Origin: an uncultured Methanosarcinaceae archaeon
GTDB lineage: Archaea; Halobacteriota; Methanosarcinia; Methanosarcinales; Methanosarcinaceae
Length of the DNA stretch: 64,000 nt
Direction: 5' to 3'
Assembly (NCBI GenBank): GCA_963833425.1
Contig: CAWHXP010000016.1
Coordinates: 1-64,000 of the forward strand
Made by a program: the position numbers and the translations under genes. The notes beneath the pieces are model-generated. The model saw only the letters and a program-made list of their open reading frames with translations. It was not told the origin of the DNA and ran no database searches. This document shows positions 11,888-23,688 of the stretch, one piece after another. Each line of letters starts with the position of its first letter. Positions within the stretch are counted from its first letter, which is position 1.

Positions 11888-12378
11888 GTGAAAATCGATA
11901 AAAATATTATAGGATAGGGCAATTTTTCCCTGAGATTACATCAAATTCCTTCGCAAGCAGAGTTGTATCTCTCCCGGGAACTGCTGGAGGAAAGGTTACA
12001 CTCATATGTATCGCTTTTGTGCGAAGTGCACAGAGCATAATTGACTCCTGGGTTCAACCATTTGAGCGGGAATTCGGGAAAGATAGCAGGTTTGCTTTCT
12101 ATGAGATCCCAATGATAAATTCGGCATGGAAAGTTCTCTCTTGGATTATAGACTCAGGGATGAAAAAAGGAATTCCCATCGAGAAACATGATAATGTGGT
12201 CACCTTTTATGGAGATTACTCCAGCTACCAGGAAGCTCAGGGGATGGAAGACATAAACTTCGCTTATGTTTTTTTGCTGGACAAAAAAGGAATTGTACGA
12301 TGAAGGGGGCATTGGTATGCAAATTCTGAGATCGAGAGAGAATTTATAGAGGTTGCGAAGGCTCTCAACGACAATTAG
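11888..12378 (+). pseudogene. ATP10-like thioredoxin-fold protein, disrupted
   Basis: GQFFPEI...VSLP...GKVTLICIAFVRSAQSIIDSW...YEIPMI...IDSGM; 5' frameshift and premature TGA at 12301. Confidence 0.65.
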
Positions 12379-12529
12379 TTAAGATGCTACACACTTGGAG
12401 CACAAAATCAATTACAACAAACACTGTGACTTAAATTAAGATTTTAGACAATTGAAGATTTATCTACGATTATCAGCTCAGCGACAAAAATCCTGCAGAA
12501 AGAACCTGTTAAAATGAATGAAAACTCTA

Positions 12530-12620
12530 AAAGGATTTTAATAAACCCCAATTTTGGGCTGGTTGTAAATAATGGATGTTTCAGCAATATGTTGAAATCG
12601 GGGGTTTATTGAAATTCTCT
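12530..12620. mobile_element. ~90-bp MITE (subtype I, reverse orientation)
   Basis: AAAGGATTTTAATAAAC ... GTTTATTGAAATTCTCT. Confidence 0.8.
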
Positions 12621-12668
12621 ATATTTTAACATATTATCAATTTGGACAACATAAACTGAGTGAAATAA

Positions 12669-13040
12669 ATGTTGAAACATTCTTTAGTGGAGTGGGAAAG
12701 ATGCTAGCGATTTTGCTAGCAGGCTTTTTAGTATCATCCTTGAAGCAGTAGCAACAAGTACACAAGGCGAAGACGGAGTTTCTATAATGTAAGATTGCAG
12801 ATGTTGCCATTCACAAGTTTGCTTTTAACCCGGAGTCAGTCAAAACATCTGCGCATTATACCGTAGATGGGAAAGATGAACTCAGCCGACCATACGATAG
12901 ATGGGACTATTTTCGCGTCTGGGACAATATACAAAGGACAAAATTAAGAGTTTCTGTTTACCGAACCTTAAGTCTATAATTATAAATGCTCTATTCATCC
13001 GTATATGAAAGGAACTGTAACAGTTATAGCAAAAAAGTGA
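12669..13040 (+). pseudogene. Plastocyanin/amicyanin-like cupredoxin remnant
   Basis: DVAIHKFAFNPESV; YNYKCSIHPYMKGTVTV (type-1 Cu C-x2-H-x2-M); frameshifts. Confidence 0.8.
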
Positions 13041-13185
13041 GGGCTTTACAAAGTGCATAGAGAACTTGGGTTTGAATTGCAATTACTTTCATAAATATTA
13101 ATTCCAAGTTTTTAAAAACAGCTATCTACATCAGTATGTTAATTTTCGGTCAGACCCTATTAGCTGTTTGACATTTTCATTATAG
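12932..13185 (+). repeat. ~250-bp segment duplicated in inverted orientation at 19534-19784
   Basis: e.g. tacaaagtgcatagagaacttgg, tatctacatcagtatgttaattttcggtcaga match the reverse complement of 19534-19784. Confidence 0.9.
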
Positions 13186-13384
13186 AATACACTTTGTTCA
13201 AATATACCATTTTCTAAGCTTACCTTCATACAGAGAATTAAAAACTTAAATGTGCAGAAAACAGAAATGTTGAGAGCAGGTATGATATTTTTTTGAATAA
13301 ATATCGATTCGTCATTGATGGACCACAAAAAATCATCAATGGATAAAAATTAAGTAAACTGTATATCAAAAATAATTATTTTTA

Positions 13385-13610
13385 GCATCGTTCCCTATAG
13401 CATCAACAGGACAGCTTTCTAATGCCTCTCCACAAGCTTTTTTTCCTCATCGTGTTCAGGATGCTTATATTCGTAGAAATTTGAATCATCATCATTCATT
13501 TTGAAGTTCGTTGGTACAGTATCTACGCATAATTGACACGCTATGCATTCATAATCACAATAATAAGGTCCAGGAACACTTTCAGCAACTTTATCTGACT
13601 TATCAGCTAT
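13385..13610 (-). pseudogene. Single-cluster ferredoxin pseudogene
   Basis: GGAGTG RBS, ATA in place of ATG, VPGPYYCDYECIACQLC, frameshift in an A-run, then ESCPVDAIG. Confidence 0.8.
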
Positions 13611-14188
13611 ATTTCACTCCTCCAATTGAATTTATATTACAAGAAAAGGGCTTAAGAGGATTTCTAGATATAATTTAACATTTAAAATGTTTTTTCAAAT
13701 CGTAAAACTCCTCAGTCTATCCGTAAACATACACATTTGCGGTGCAAAAATCACGTACAACTGACTTTTGAGCTAAACTAGTGTTTCAGAAAATTTGAGG
13801 TTTAATGCTATTGATTCTCAAATTTAACTATTAAGTCATAGATTAGTTTTTAGGATTTCTATTGAACGTTTAAGATGTGGCTAGACTAATTAGAGTTAAC
13901 TTATTAAATAATGATATTTTTAAAATCAATTTATAGTTACAAACATATTATTGGAGCTTAGTTATTCAAAATTCTATAACCACGGGGAATAAACGGAGAG
14001 ACACAGAAAAAGGTTCTCTCAGTCCCATCTTTTCTTTTTCTATGCTCTTCGTATTCAACTTTGCATTTAAGTTTAGTAGAAAAATTTATTGACTGGCGAT
14101 AAATCCATTTTTGCCCTTTACCGGAGAATTTTCATAGGTGAACCCTCAATGGCAATCTCAAAGGTGCGTAAATGTAGCAAGAACTCCC

Positions 14189-14656
14189 TCAGTAAATCTG
14201 CTCAGCCAGATAGTTCCCAACACCCATCTGTTTGATCTGATCAAGTTGAGCTTCGATCCAGTCGATGTGTTCCTCTTCTTCCTTCAGGATCGATTCTAGA
14301 AGCACTTTTGTGTTATTATCTCCCACCTCAGCAGCCAGATGGATACTTTCGTTGTAACCTCTAATCGCCGATTCCTCGGCTCCATGGTCATACTCATGGA
14401 TATTTGGCACTTCCGCGCCGATAATTATTTGATTTAGCGTACTGACAATTGGCTTCCCCTCAAGGAAAAGGATCCTTGCAATCAGCTCCTCCGCGTGCCT
14501 CATCTCGGCGATGGCGCGCTTCTGGATCATTTTTTCCAGTTGCTTGTAATTCCAGTTTTCGCACATCTCGGCATGGACGAGGTACTGATTAATAGCAGTC
14601 AGTTCATCGGCCAAACGAGCGTTAAGATGTTCAAGAATCTTCTCATTTCCTTTCAT
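14189..14656 (-). CDS. bfr: Bacterioferritin
   Basis: MKG..., ELTAINQY.VH, EMRHA, RILFLEG.P, EEEEHIDWIE. Confidence 0.93.
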   Translation of the reverse strand: MKGNEKILEHLNARLADELTAINQYLVHAEMCENWNYKQLEKMIQKRAIAEMRHAEELIARILFLEGKPIVSTLNQIIIGAEVPNIHEYDHGAEESAIRGYNESIHLAAEVGDNNTKVLLESILKEEEEHIDWIEAQLDQIKQMGVGNYLAEQIY

Positions 14657-14732
14657 AAATAAACTTCCTATTGAATCGAAAAATATCTATTATCTCTCGA
14701 AGATCATTCTATCTTGAAAGAGGTGAGGATAT

Positions 14733-15127
14733 TTACCTTTTAAAAAGATGAGCAGGTTCTTTTCTCAGTGGATTGAGAAGCTCTTCGTCCAATTTTGCAT
14801 TATAAAGTGTTTTCACTTTAGAAAGTTGGTCAAATGTTAAATTATAAGCTTCTCTAAGGTTAGCCTCTTGAAGGTTGGCTCCTTGAAGGTTAGCTTTCTG
14901 TAAAGTTGACCCTTTCGAGATCAGATTCCACAAGATAAGTTCCTGTGAGTATAGCCCAATAAAGGTCAGTTCCTTCAAGATTAACTTCTCTAAGGTTACC
15001 CCCCTCAAGGTTAGCCCCCTCGAGATTAGCAAATGTGAGGTCAGCCATTATAAGGTAAACCCCAACAAGGTTAGCTCTTTTAAGGTTAGCTTCTTCAATA
15101 TTAGCTTCCTTAAAATCAACCATACCA
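14733..15127 (-). pseudogene. Pentapeptide-repeat protein, frameshifted/truncated
   Basis: A(N/D)LxxA repeats split across two frames; C-terminus similar to the 26316 gene. Confidence 0.8.
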
Positions 15128-16227
15128 TGGACCCTTTCCGTTACTACGAAATTTTTGTTTTCCTTATATCGGTTATGAATTAAAAGAAACTTTACTTGAA
15201 TACAGACTTTTTTCCAACGTGGATCTCTAAAACTCTTTTAGTATACTTTAACTATTATTTTTATGAAATACTCAAGATCTTGAAATTATCAACGACAGAT
15301 AGATCTCAAAAAGTTGATCTTGTGAGCTGCAGGTGAATAAAATGCCTACAGCTCGATAGAAAGTCTGTTTGAAGGTGCTGAAAAACCTCCGGGTTGTAAT
15401 TAGATTTTATTTGATATATATCTATTGTATATATACTAAATAGTACTAACTTAAAATAATTAGTACAAGAATTATGTTGACCTGATTTCATGAAGAATTA
15501 TACCGCTGCTATAGCTACTGACAACAATATCTTTAGAGCGAGCTCTGGAAATACAAAAGATTGTCATCCAATATGTAACTGAGCAATCTAATATGTAACT
15601 GAACAAATCCACGTTTTATGGGAATTGGGCTTAGCACAAATACCATCATAGTCATAGCAAGGTTTTATAGTTGGAAATTATTGGTGCAAGAGACAAGAAG
15701 TTATTTTCTATATTATGCACAGATTTTAAGGTAAAACATATGTACTTTTCAACTTAAACTCTCGATTATTAATTTATTCACTAGTACTCCTACTAACAAA
15801 CTTAAAAGTATAGAGGAGTCATACACATTTGATTTTAAATAAGCTTACTATTTTTTAATATCTTTTTGCAGTTATGTTGAAGCAAGCGTTGACAGGTAGT
15901 ACATTCCTATATGTATGGAATGACTGAGTTTACACCCAAATGGACAAAAATAATGAGATTTTCATTTTTGCAATGGGACTACAGTTTTCCAAAAATAGAT
16001 AAGATAATCGTTGATCAGATTTGTTCGACGACTAAAGGACACGACCTTACATTTAACAAAATTAATTTTAGCCATATGGTTATGATATAGCTTTTATCAG
16101 CCTTAAAAATTTAGAATTTGATCTCAGGTTAATATGTATGCTTTTTCTAGGAAAGTTTCAATGTTAAATTTATGAAAACCTCCTAAAATAATAAATACAT
16201 AAGTAATATAAATTTATTGTCAGATTT

Positions 16228-16296
16228 TAAAACATTTTGTGGGGAAGTAAATTTTATTCAGAAACTATTTTTTGTATAATTAACTTAAAATATTTA
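16228..16296 (+). promoter_or_regulatory. Module B, copy 2
   Basis: aaaacatttt...gaagtaaattttattcagaaactattttttgtataattaacttaaaata. Confidence 0.6.
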
Positions 16297-16730
16297 AGTG
16301 AGTAATTTATGTTGTAGCTATAGATAAACAACCAAAAATTCAGTTTATTGAAATCTTCTATATTAGATTCAATCAATCAACTAAAAATCTGAGTTTACCG
16401 AAATCACTGATCATTTATCAAAATAAACTACATAATATTAAAAATTATATAAAATAATATATAATTACCAGGATAATTTGATGGTGCTCAATTTAAATGT
16501 TTATCATAATAGCTATAGAGATTTAGGTAGGTGATATTAGAACTTAGAATAATTTTCATTATAGAACTCAATCATTGCGATAATATGGAACTTCACTGTT
16601 TTTTATAAAATTGGAAAAAAAAACCAAAAAATAAAAAAATCTCGTAACCTTAAGCCTTTAATTGCCCAAAACTTTAATTTGACCAACTTAATTACGATGT
16701 ATAAAGTGAATTCTAAAAAGGAGAAAGAAC

Positions 16731-17891
16731 ATGACAGATAAGATCAAACTTACATTACTGACAGCCTATAGTTCTAAGGATTCTGCAGATCTCAGAAAGG
16801 CTCAGGCAAAGAAAATTGCTCAGCTCTTTAGTGACTTTGTGGGCCAAGCCCGTCAAAGCATTCATATTGCTATCTATGACTTTCGACTGGAGGAACCCGA
16901 AGCTCAGATAGTAATCGATGCACTGAACAAAGCCGCTGAATCCGGAATAGATGTGCGGATCGCATATTTTCAACCAAGTAAGAAACATGTATCTGCGTCA
17001 GAATTCGCACTCAACGGCGGCGATCCAGCACCTGGACCTGACGAAGCATTTTTGGGGCGGCTCAACAAAGATATCCCGTTTAAGGCGATAGCTGGAATCG
17101 AAAAGCTGCCATCAGATGCCACCTCTTTGCCAATCGAAGGTGGTGGCCACTTGATGCACAGTAAGTACGTTATCCGTGATGGACTTGCACCTTCAGCCAC
17201 TGTGTGGACTGGATCAGCCAATTTTACTACCGATGCATGGAGCATTCAGGATAACAACATCGTTACCCTAGAATCACAAGATATAGCAGGTAATTATGAA
17301 ACTGACTTTGCAGAGTTATGGGAAACTGGAAGGATCGCCGGGACAGGAAAGAATGATCATGGAGAAACTAAAATAGACAATATAGAAGTTGATGTGGATT
17401 TTGCTCCTGGTGATGGTGTGGCGATGGATTCCGATATCGCTAAAGATATCTCAACAGCAACAAAAGAGTTAATGCTCGCTTCGATGGTTATCTCCTCCGG
17501 AACCGTTTTAGGTGCCCTTGTTGATGCAATAGATCGCGGCGTCAAGTTGAATGGAGTTTACGACGGGCCACAGATGAAAATGGTTATAAAAGACTTTGAA
17601 AAAAGTACAAGTGGCACAGGCCAAGCCAAGATCGCGCAATGGGAGATCATAAATAAATACCTTGTTGCCAAAAATTCTACACCCTATAAGGAAAATGGAC
17701 CTCATGACTTCATGCACAATAAGGTATTAGTGGTCGATCAGCAGATAGTTGTAACAGGGAGTTATAATTTTTCTCAGAATGCTACGCGAAATGCTGAAAA
17801 CAAAATTACTATACATAATGAAGCCATTGCAAGCCAATACGAGCAGTATATCGAAGGTCTCATTTCAAAGTACAAAATCAAAAATACATAA
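16731..17891 (+). CDS. Phospholipase D-superfamily protein (two HKD motifs; Nuc-like)
   Basis: MHSKYVIRD..WTGSANFT and MHNKVLVVD..TGSYNFS; no signal peptide; AGGAG RBS. Confidence 0.88.
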   Translation: MTDKIKLTLLTAYSSKDSADLRKAQAKKIAQLFSDFVGQARQSIHIAIYDFRLEEPEAQIVIDALNKAAESGIDVRIAYFQPSKKHVSASEFALNGGDPAPGPDEAFLGRLNKDIPFKAIAGIEKLPSDATSLPIEGGGHLMHSKYVIRDGLAPSATVWTGSANFTTDAWSIQDNNIVTLESQDIAGNYETDFAELWETGRIAGTGKNDHGETKIDNIEVDVDFAPGDGVAMDSDIAKDISTATKELMLASMVISSGTVLGALVDAIDRGVKLNGVYDGPQMKMVIKDFEKSTSGTGQAKIAQWEIINKYLVAKNSTPYKENGPHDFMHNKVLVVDQQIVVTGSYNFSQNATRNAENKITIHNEAIASQYEQYIEGLISKYKIKNT

Positions 17892-18507
17892 GTTAATGGA
17901 AGATTGGATAGTTTTCGGGTTTTAGTCTTCGCCCTACTTCTGGAGGTCGGCAGCCGGGATCTAATTGAGTACTGGCTACCGGCTTGGGTTTAAGAAAGTT
18001 CTGAAAGGATACGAAAATCCTACAGAATTCTCTAATAGAATTCAAATTCAGAAAATATATCCTTTTGGGAGCTATACAAATGCCCAAAACTGAACATATA
18101 ATCTACCTCAAATATCTTGAAGACCAATGCTTTACAAATAACATTGTTCAGATAACTAACGTCGATATTCCCAGTTTTTAGTTCCAATAATAGTTATAGA
18201 TATTTTTGGTACTGATTTCAAAAAATGTTTTCTTCTTTTCCAGCTATTTCTGTTTACAGATGTGAATACCTTCTAAAGACATCGTTGAATATCCAAGGCC
18301 TTATTTTGTGGACAATATGATCATTACCCTAGAAAAATCCGGAATAAAAAATACATAGCTTTTTTAATGAGAATGTACAAAAGGCATTCTGTTCCTCATG
18401 AGAATGAAAAAAGCAAAATCCAGCCATGATTGAGACATTTTGTTCTGATATTCACAAACACTCGGTTTACCAAGAACGATATAACTTTCAGAGAGAATAC
18501 AATATAA

Positions 18508-19215
18508 TCATTTTCGTTTTAGAACTATTTCAGAGTTTTCCTTTACTAGTCTACCTTCTGAAAAATGGTATATTGCAAGCTCGCCTGTGGATAAGCCGAC
18601 TTCCCTGATATCCTTGTCAGAAACATCTTCGATATATTTAATCAGAGCTATCAGACTGCTATGATGGGCGCAGACTATCACATTTTTCCCCTCTTTTACT
18701 GCAGGCAGAACTTTTTGCTTGAAATATGGTACTGCACGCTCATAGACAGCTTTGAGACTTTCCCCTTCATGCAGACCTGGCTCAAAGTCCAAATTCCAGG
18801 AAGCAAGCTTTTTTCCTCCGTATTTTTCTTCCATTTTCTTCTTTTTTCTACCCTGAAGCTTTCCATAGTAACGTTCATTTAAAGCATCTGAAGTGTACAC
18901 TGGAATAAGATTTTTTTCGAGTTTTTCGGGGCAAGAATACCATTCAATCTTCCCTATCCCACTTTCATAACCTGCCTTTTCATGGATAAAAATTCCTGTT
19001 TTTTTCTGTCCGGATAATATAACGAAAAGAGTTTCCTGTGTCCGAACAAGGTTTGAGACAAAAGCAAGATCCAGTTCGATATCCTCAAGTTTGACTGCGC
19101 AATCAAGAGCTTCTTCAATTCCTTTTTTGCTAAGAGGAACATCCATCCAGCCAACAAACCTGTCACCAGGCTTTAAATCTGACTTCCCGTGCCTGACAAG
19201 TATAAGATAACCCAT
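18508..19215 (-). CDS. gpmA: 2,3-BPG-dependent phosphoglycerate mutase (histidine phosphatase family)
   Basis: LILVRHG, F.GW.DVPLS, LNERYYGKLQG, GESL, V.AH. Confidence 0.8.
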   Translation of the reverse strand: MGYLILVRHGKSDLKPGDRFVGWMDVPLSKKGIEEALDCAVKLEDIELDLAFVSNLVRTQETLFVILSGQKKTGIFIHEKAGYESGIGKIEWYSCPEKLEKNLIPVYTSDALNERYYGKLQGRKKKKMEEKYGGKKLASWNLDFEPGLHEGESLKAVYERAVPYFKQKVLPAVKEGKNVIVCAHHSSLIALIKYIEDVSDKDIREVGLSTGELAIYHFSEGRLVKENSEIVLKRK

Positions 19216-19533
19216 AGAATTACACTCCAGAAAACTACACTAACATAGAATAATACAAATAAACAAATACCAATAAACATTTTGGTTTTGTACTTTTAAT
19301 ACTTTAAAATTAAAGGATCATCGCTTCGTCAAACAGGCTTGAACTCTACCATTCTATCAGAAAGAAGATTCAAGACGCCGCCTTTTTGGTTCATTGCACC
19401 TATTAATTTCAGCTTTTGACCGACCTGTTTCGATCATGATACTAATTTTTTAAGCCTTAACTTTTCCAATCCGATTTCCCATCCTACTAAATCAAGGTCA
19501 TCAGCGAGCTGGATAAATGAGCTGTTTTTATGG

Positions 19534-19784
19534 CTATGATGAAAATTTCAAACAACTAATAGGATCTGACCGAAAATTAACATACTGATGTAGATATCTT
19601 TTTTTAAAAACTTAAAATAAATATTTGTGAAAGTAATTGCAATTCAAACCAAGTTCTCTATGCACTTTGTAAGGCTCTAACTTTTTGCCATAATTGCTAA
19701 AGTTCTTTTAGTATACTGATGAATAGAGCATTTATAATTATAGACTCCATGTTCAGTAAACAGAACTTGTAGTTTTGTCCTTTG
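19534..19784 (-). repeat. Inverted copy of 12932-13185 (cupredoxin 3' end plus downstream region)
   Basis: Direct sequence comparison. Confidence 0.9.
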
Positions 19785-19826
19785 ATGACTCAAGTTATCC
19801 ACATAATTACCCAAATTAATTGGTTC

Positions 19827-21220
19827 TCATGATCCTTTTTTGGCTTCAATATGACCAGATTTTATTGCCCCCTTCATTGCTTGATAATCGTGTTCCGTCT
19901 GTTTTGCGTAGGCAATAGCAAAGTTAGTGATAGCCTCACAAAATACATCACTTTTGCCAATATATCCCGAGATGCAGGCCGCATCCCCTGCCCTAGCATG
20001 AGCCCGGGCCAAGCATAAGCTGCACACCTCGAGATAGGTTTCCAATCCTGCATTGTCCAGTGCGTCTAAGTCAAAAGAGCCCTTCATATCCTTAAACTGC
20101 CGCCAGTAGTACGGATTCCGGTCAATGGATCCTTAATCCCTTCCAGGAAAATATCGCTGGATGCCTGCATCAATTTCTGTCCAATCACCACTCTTTGAGC
20201 TTGATTCGTATAATCCTTCTTTGCGACGTGGGGTTCCAGGACAGACAGCTCAGCCTCTTTCAGTTGCAATATCAGTGCATCATCTTTCGTAGCTCCTTCG
20301 AGAAGAAGGATCAGACAACGCGTTCCAACGCTGCCAACGCCTACGATCCGCAAGGCTCCACTTGAAATGCGAAAGTGAGACACAAGCTGGCGCTTTTCTT
20401 CTGTGAGGTTGTCCATATAATTTTTGAACAGCTGTTCGACATCCTGTTCAGTAATCCATGCTTCTTGTTCCTTGGGCACTACCTCACTTAGACGTACCAG
20501 AAGTGGGGGGTCGTTGCGGATCTGTCGCCTTCCACCCACCAACTCAGTGAGCTGTTCCATTGTATGCTTCTCCGTACTATCCAGTGCCTTTTTAACCACT
20601 TTTTGGGCGCTTTTTTTGTCTTTCCGAGGAAATCTATCAAAAACCTTAAGGACTTCATCCATCTTCACGTCATAATACCATACATCCAGGAAAGGGGCCA
20701 GGGCAAAATTTGCTATGGATTTTTGATAACATCGATTAACAACCATAGCCAGTTTCCTGTTTGCATCTTTGTCAAACCCCTTTTCCCTCCCAAAGAGAAC
20801 TGCACTGGTAGCTAAGCGTTTGAGATCCCATTCCCAGGGACCAAGATAGGTCTCATCGAAATCATTAATATCGAAAACCAGATTACGCTCTGGCGTAGCA
20901 AAAATGCCGAAATTTAAAAGGTGTGCATCACCACATAGCTGTGTGAGCAAACCTGTAACTGGTGTTGTAGCCAGGTCTGTAGCCATCACAACAGCTGCAC
21001 CTCGCATGAAGGCAAAGGGCGATTCCAGCATACGGCCGTATTTTATTGGCAAAAGGTGCTTCAGACGGTTCTTGTCATGTTCCTGAAGCAGGCTTATTGG
21101 ATCTGCTCTGGAAGACATAGGTGTCCATATCCCATGGCTGCTGCGGGGTACCTGTTCTCTCAGAATCCTGCCTATTTCCTGACGTTCCTGGATAGTACTT
21201 ATCCTTTCATTGTCTGACAC
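19827..21220 (-). pseudogene. DUF2252 family protein, frameshift near 20115
   Basis: KYGRMLESPFAFMRGAA, LCGDAHLLNFG, FDINDFDE, VGVGSVGTRC, ASSDIF; YYWRQFKDMKGS and LARAHARAGD lie in another frame. Confidence 0.88.
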
Positions 21221-21639
21221 TTGCGAACATCTCCTAAATTATTTAGTTCCCTATTTTATAGCTCTCATTTGCAGTAACATGCATTTTATGACGCATAAAT
21301 TTGCTTCTTGCTTCTGTTATATATGCAGTGTACTTTACTGCCATTAAGGGCAGTACGGAAATTGTAGAGCAGTTTTACCGCGTTGCTCGAAATGATATCA
21401 ATGGAGAGTCTTTCTAATTTTTATCATTTCTTCTCCAATTTAAAAAGGGCATTTGAATTTTATCCAAATTAATTAAGATTCTATCCGAAAGTCTCGATTC
21501 TCTAAAGGTTATTCATACACATGCTTAATTAAACACAAAGAGTAATTGTCAAGTTTCTTTTCGCATCATCAAAACAGTCTTCTGAAGATTAATTAAACTA
21601 AGAATGAATCCTTTCTACAATCCACCTTTTTGCCCTATA

Positions 21640-21830
21640 ATCCTTATATCTTTCTATATCTTCTTCTCTCCGCCTCATATATGAGCTGTACAATTTCAAC
21701 CATTTAGTCATCATGATGATAGTCATGAAATGATCGTAATCGTGATCTTATTCAGCATTTTCTTCTGCTTCCGTCAATGATGCTACAAATAAAACTGCCA
21801 ACAGAATAGTATTTATTACCCTTTTTATTT
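21640..21830 (-). pseudogene. Remnant of a small secreted His/Asp-rich protein
   Basis: KRVINTILLAVLFVASLTEA signal-like segment followed by HDYDH...; stops; lies downstream of module B copy 3. Confidence 0.4.
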
Positions 21831-21876
21831 ACTAACTCATTGTTTCAGCAATAATTCACATTTTTTATTATAGATC

Positions 21877-21950
21877 TTTATAATTATTTTAAATTAATCA
21901 TACGAAAAATAGTTTCTAAACAAAAAATAGTCCACATTAAATTTTTCACA
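21877..21950 (-). promoter_or_regulatory. Module B, copy 3
   Basis: Reverse complement ...ttgtttagaaactatttttcgtatgattaatttaaaataattataaa (ends in TATA-like TTATAAA). Confidence 0.55.
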
Positions 21951-22271
21951 AACAAACAATTAAATATGAATAATCATTTGTTATTATATATTTTAATTTT
22001 AAAGAATTTTACAGCAATTTCCCCTAAAAAAAGCAAGCTTATTAATTAAATAAGCACTTCGCTATCTTAACTAGGATTATATACGTCTGCTCTCAAATGA
22101 ATATGCAATGCACAATCCCTCAAAAATTTATTTTGGAAAATCAAGTTCTTATTCGACGCTAATCTCGTTAACAAATTTCAGATAGAAAGATATATTAGAG
22201 GCCTTGTAAATTTTTTGACATAGATTAATAACGTAAAGATCTGATCAAATTACATATATTTCAAAAATAGA

Positions 22272-22289
22272 AAGGAGTTATTGAACTCC
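22272..22289 (-). terminator. Hairpin plus T-rich tract after the YVTN gene
   Basis: aggagtt-attg-aactcct, 46 nt past the stop at 22336. Confidence 0.5.
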
Positions 22290-22335
22290 TCAATTTTAGC
22301 TGTTTTTTCAGGTTGATTAATTATATAAACATTTT

Positions 22336-23688
22336 TTATTTCTTAATTGCATTAATCACAGCATTCGCTCCATCAATCAGCGTCTGCCCGTCTGTCGAAG
22401 AAAGCTTTCCAGTTTTGATGTCAGCATTTACTTCGTTAATGAAAGCATTGAGCTGATTGGTCGCTGCCTGTGTATTTCCATCATTTATTTTTTTAGTCAC
22501 ATCATTAAGTTTGACTATTAATGAGTTAGCTTGTCCATTGTTCAATTTGCCTGAAGTGACCAAACCTTGTATAAAAGTAATAATTTGCTGGTTTTTCTGC
22601 ACAGGAGTCAGGACGTTGATTTGAACACTAGCTGATGCTGTAGTATAGTTTACAGCATCATTTGGTGTAAAAGTCGTAGTCAATGTCTGACCAGAACCTA
22701 CACCTAATACAGTTCCTGCTAGTGGATTATAGGAGAAGCTACCAGGCACTGAAGCACTTGCATCGAGCTGAGTGCTGTTCAATGGTGTACCATAGACGAT
22801 ATCAGCAGGGTTACTCCAGGTAATTATAGGAGTCTTTTGTAGTGTATTTTTCCCACCTATAAACTGCCCGAAGGCAACAGGATAGCTTCCTACACTTACA
22901 GTTTCATAAGAAGTATTGTTTGTCGTATTAATTACAGAAACGGTGTTGTCTCCCGATTTGCCACATATGCTTTTGTTCCATCAGGTGCGACTGCAACTCC
23001 TTCAGGAGACAGTCCTACAAGCACCAGGGCTGCAACGTTGTTTGTAGATGTGTCAATTACAGAGACTATTGTCCTTACTATTCGCTACATATACTTTTGT
23101 TCCATCAGGTGTGACTGCAATTCCATAAGGATATTCAAATCCATATACTGTGGCTGTAATGCTGTTTGTAGATGTGTTAATGACAGAGACAGTGCCATCA
23201 AGAGAGTTTGCCACATATACAGCTGCTCCATCAGGGATGACTGCAACTCCATAAGGAAAGTAACCTACAGTTACACTGGTGTAGGCAGTATTATTTGTTG
23301 TGTCAATTACAGAAACAGTGTTTTCTCCATTGTTTGTCACGTATACAGTTGATCCATCAGGTGCGACGGCAACTCCACTAGGATTACTTCCTACAGTCAC
23401 ATTGGTTGTAATGTTGTTAGTAGTTGTGTTGATTATAGAAACAGTGTTGTTGGCTTCGTTTGCCACATATACTTTTGTTCCATCTGGGCTAACTGCAACT
23501 CCATAAGGAGAGCTTAATCCATTCACTATGGCTGTAATATTATCTGTGGCTATACCAAATACAGAGACATTGTTGCTGCCCGAGCTTGGAATATATGCAA
23601 ATGGCTCTGCACCTGCTATACTCACTAACATAAAAACCAAAGCTGTTGAAACTAATGCTATCGAATACAACTTTTGTTTAGTTACCAT
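22336..23688 (-). pseudogene. YVTN beta-propeller surface protein with C-terminal Ig-like and FIMAH-like domains; at least 2 frameshifts
   Basis: Signal peptide; repeated P.GVAV.PDG..VYV.N; TPIITWSNPADIVYGTPL; QANSLIVKL...LNAFINEV. Confidence 0.85.
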
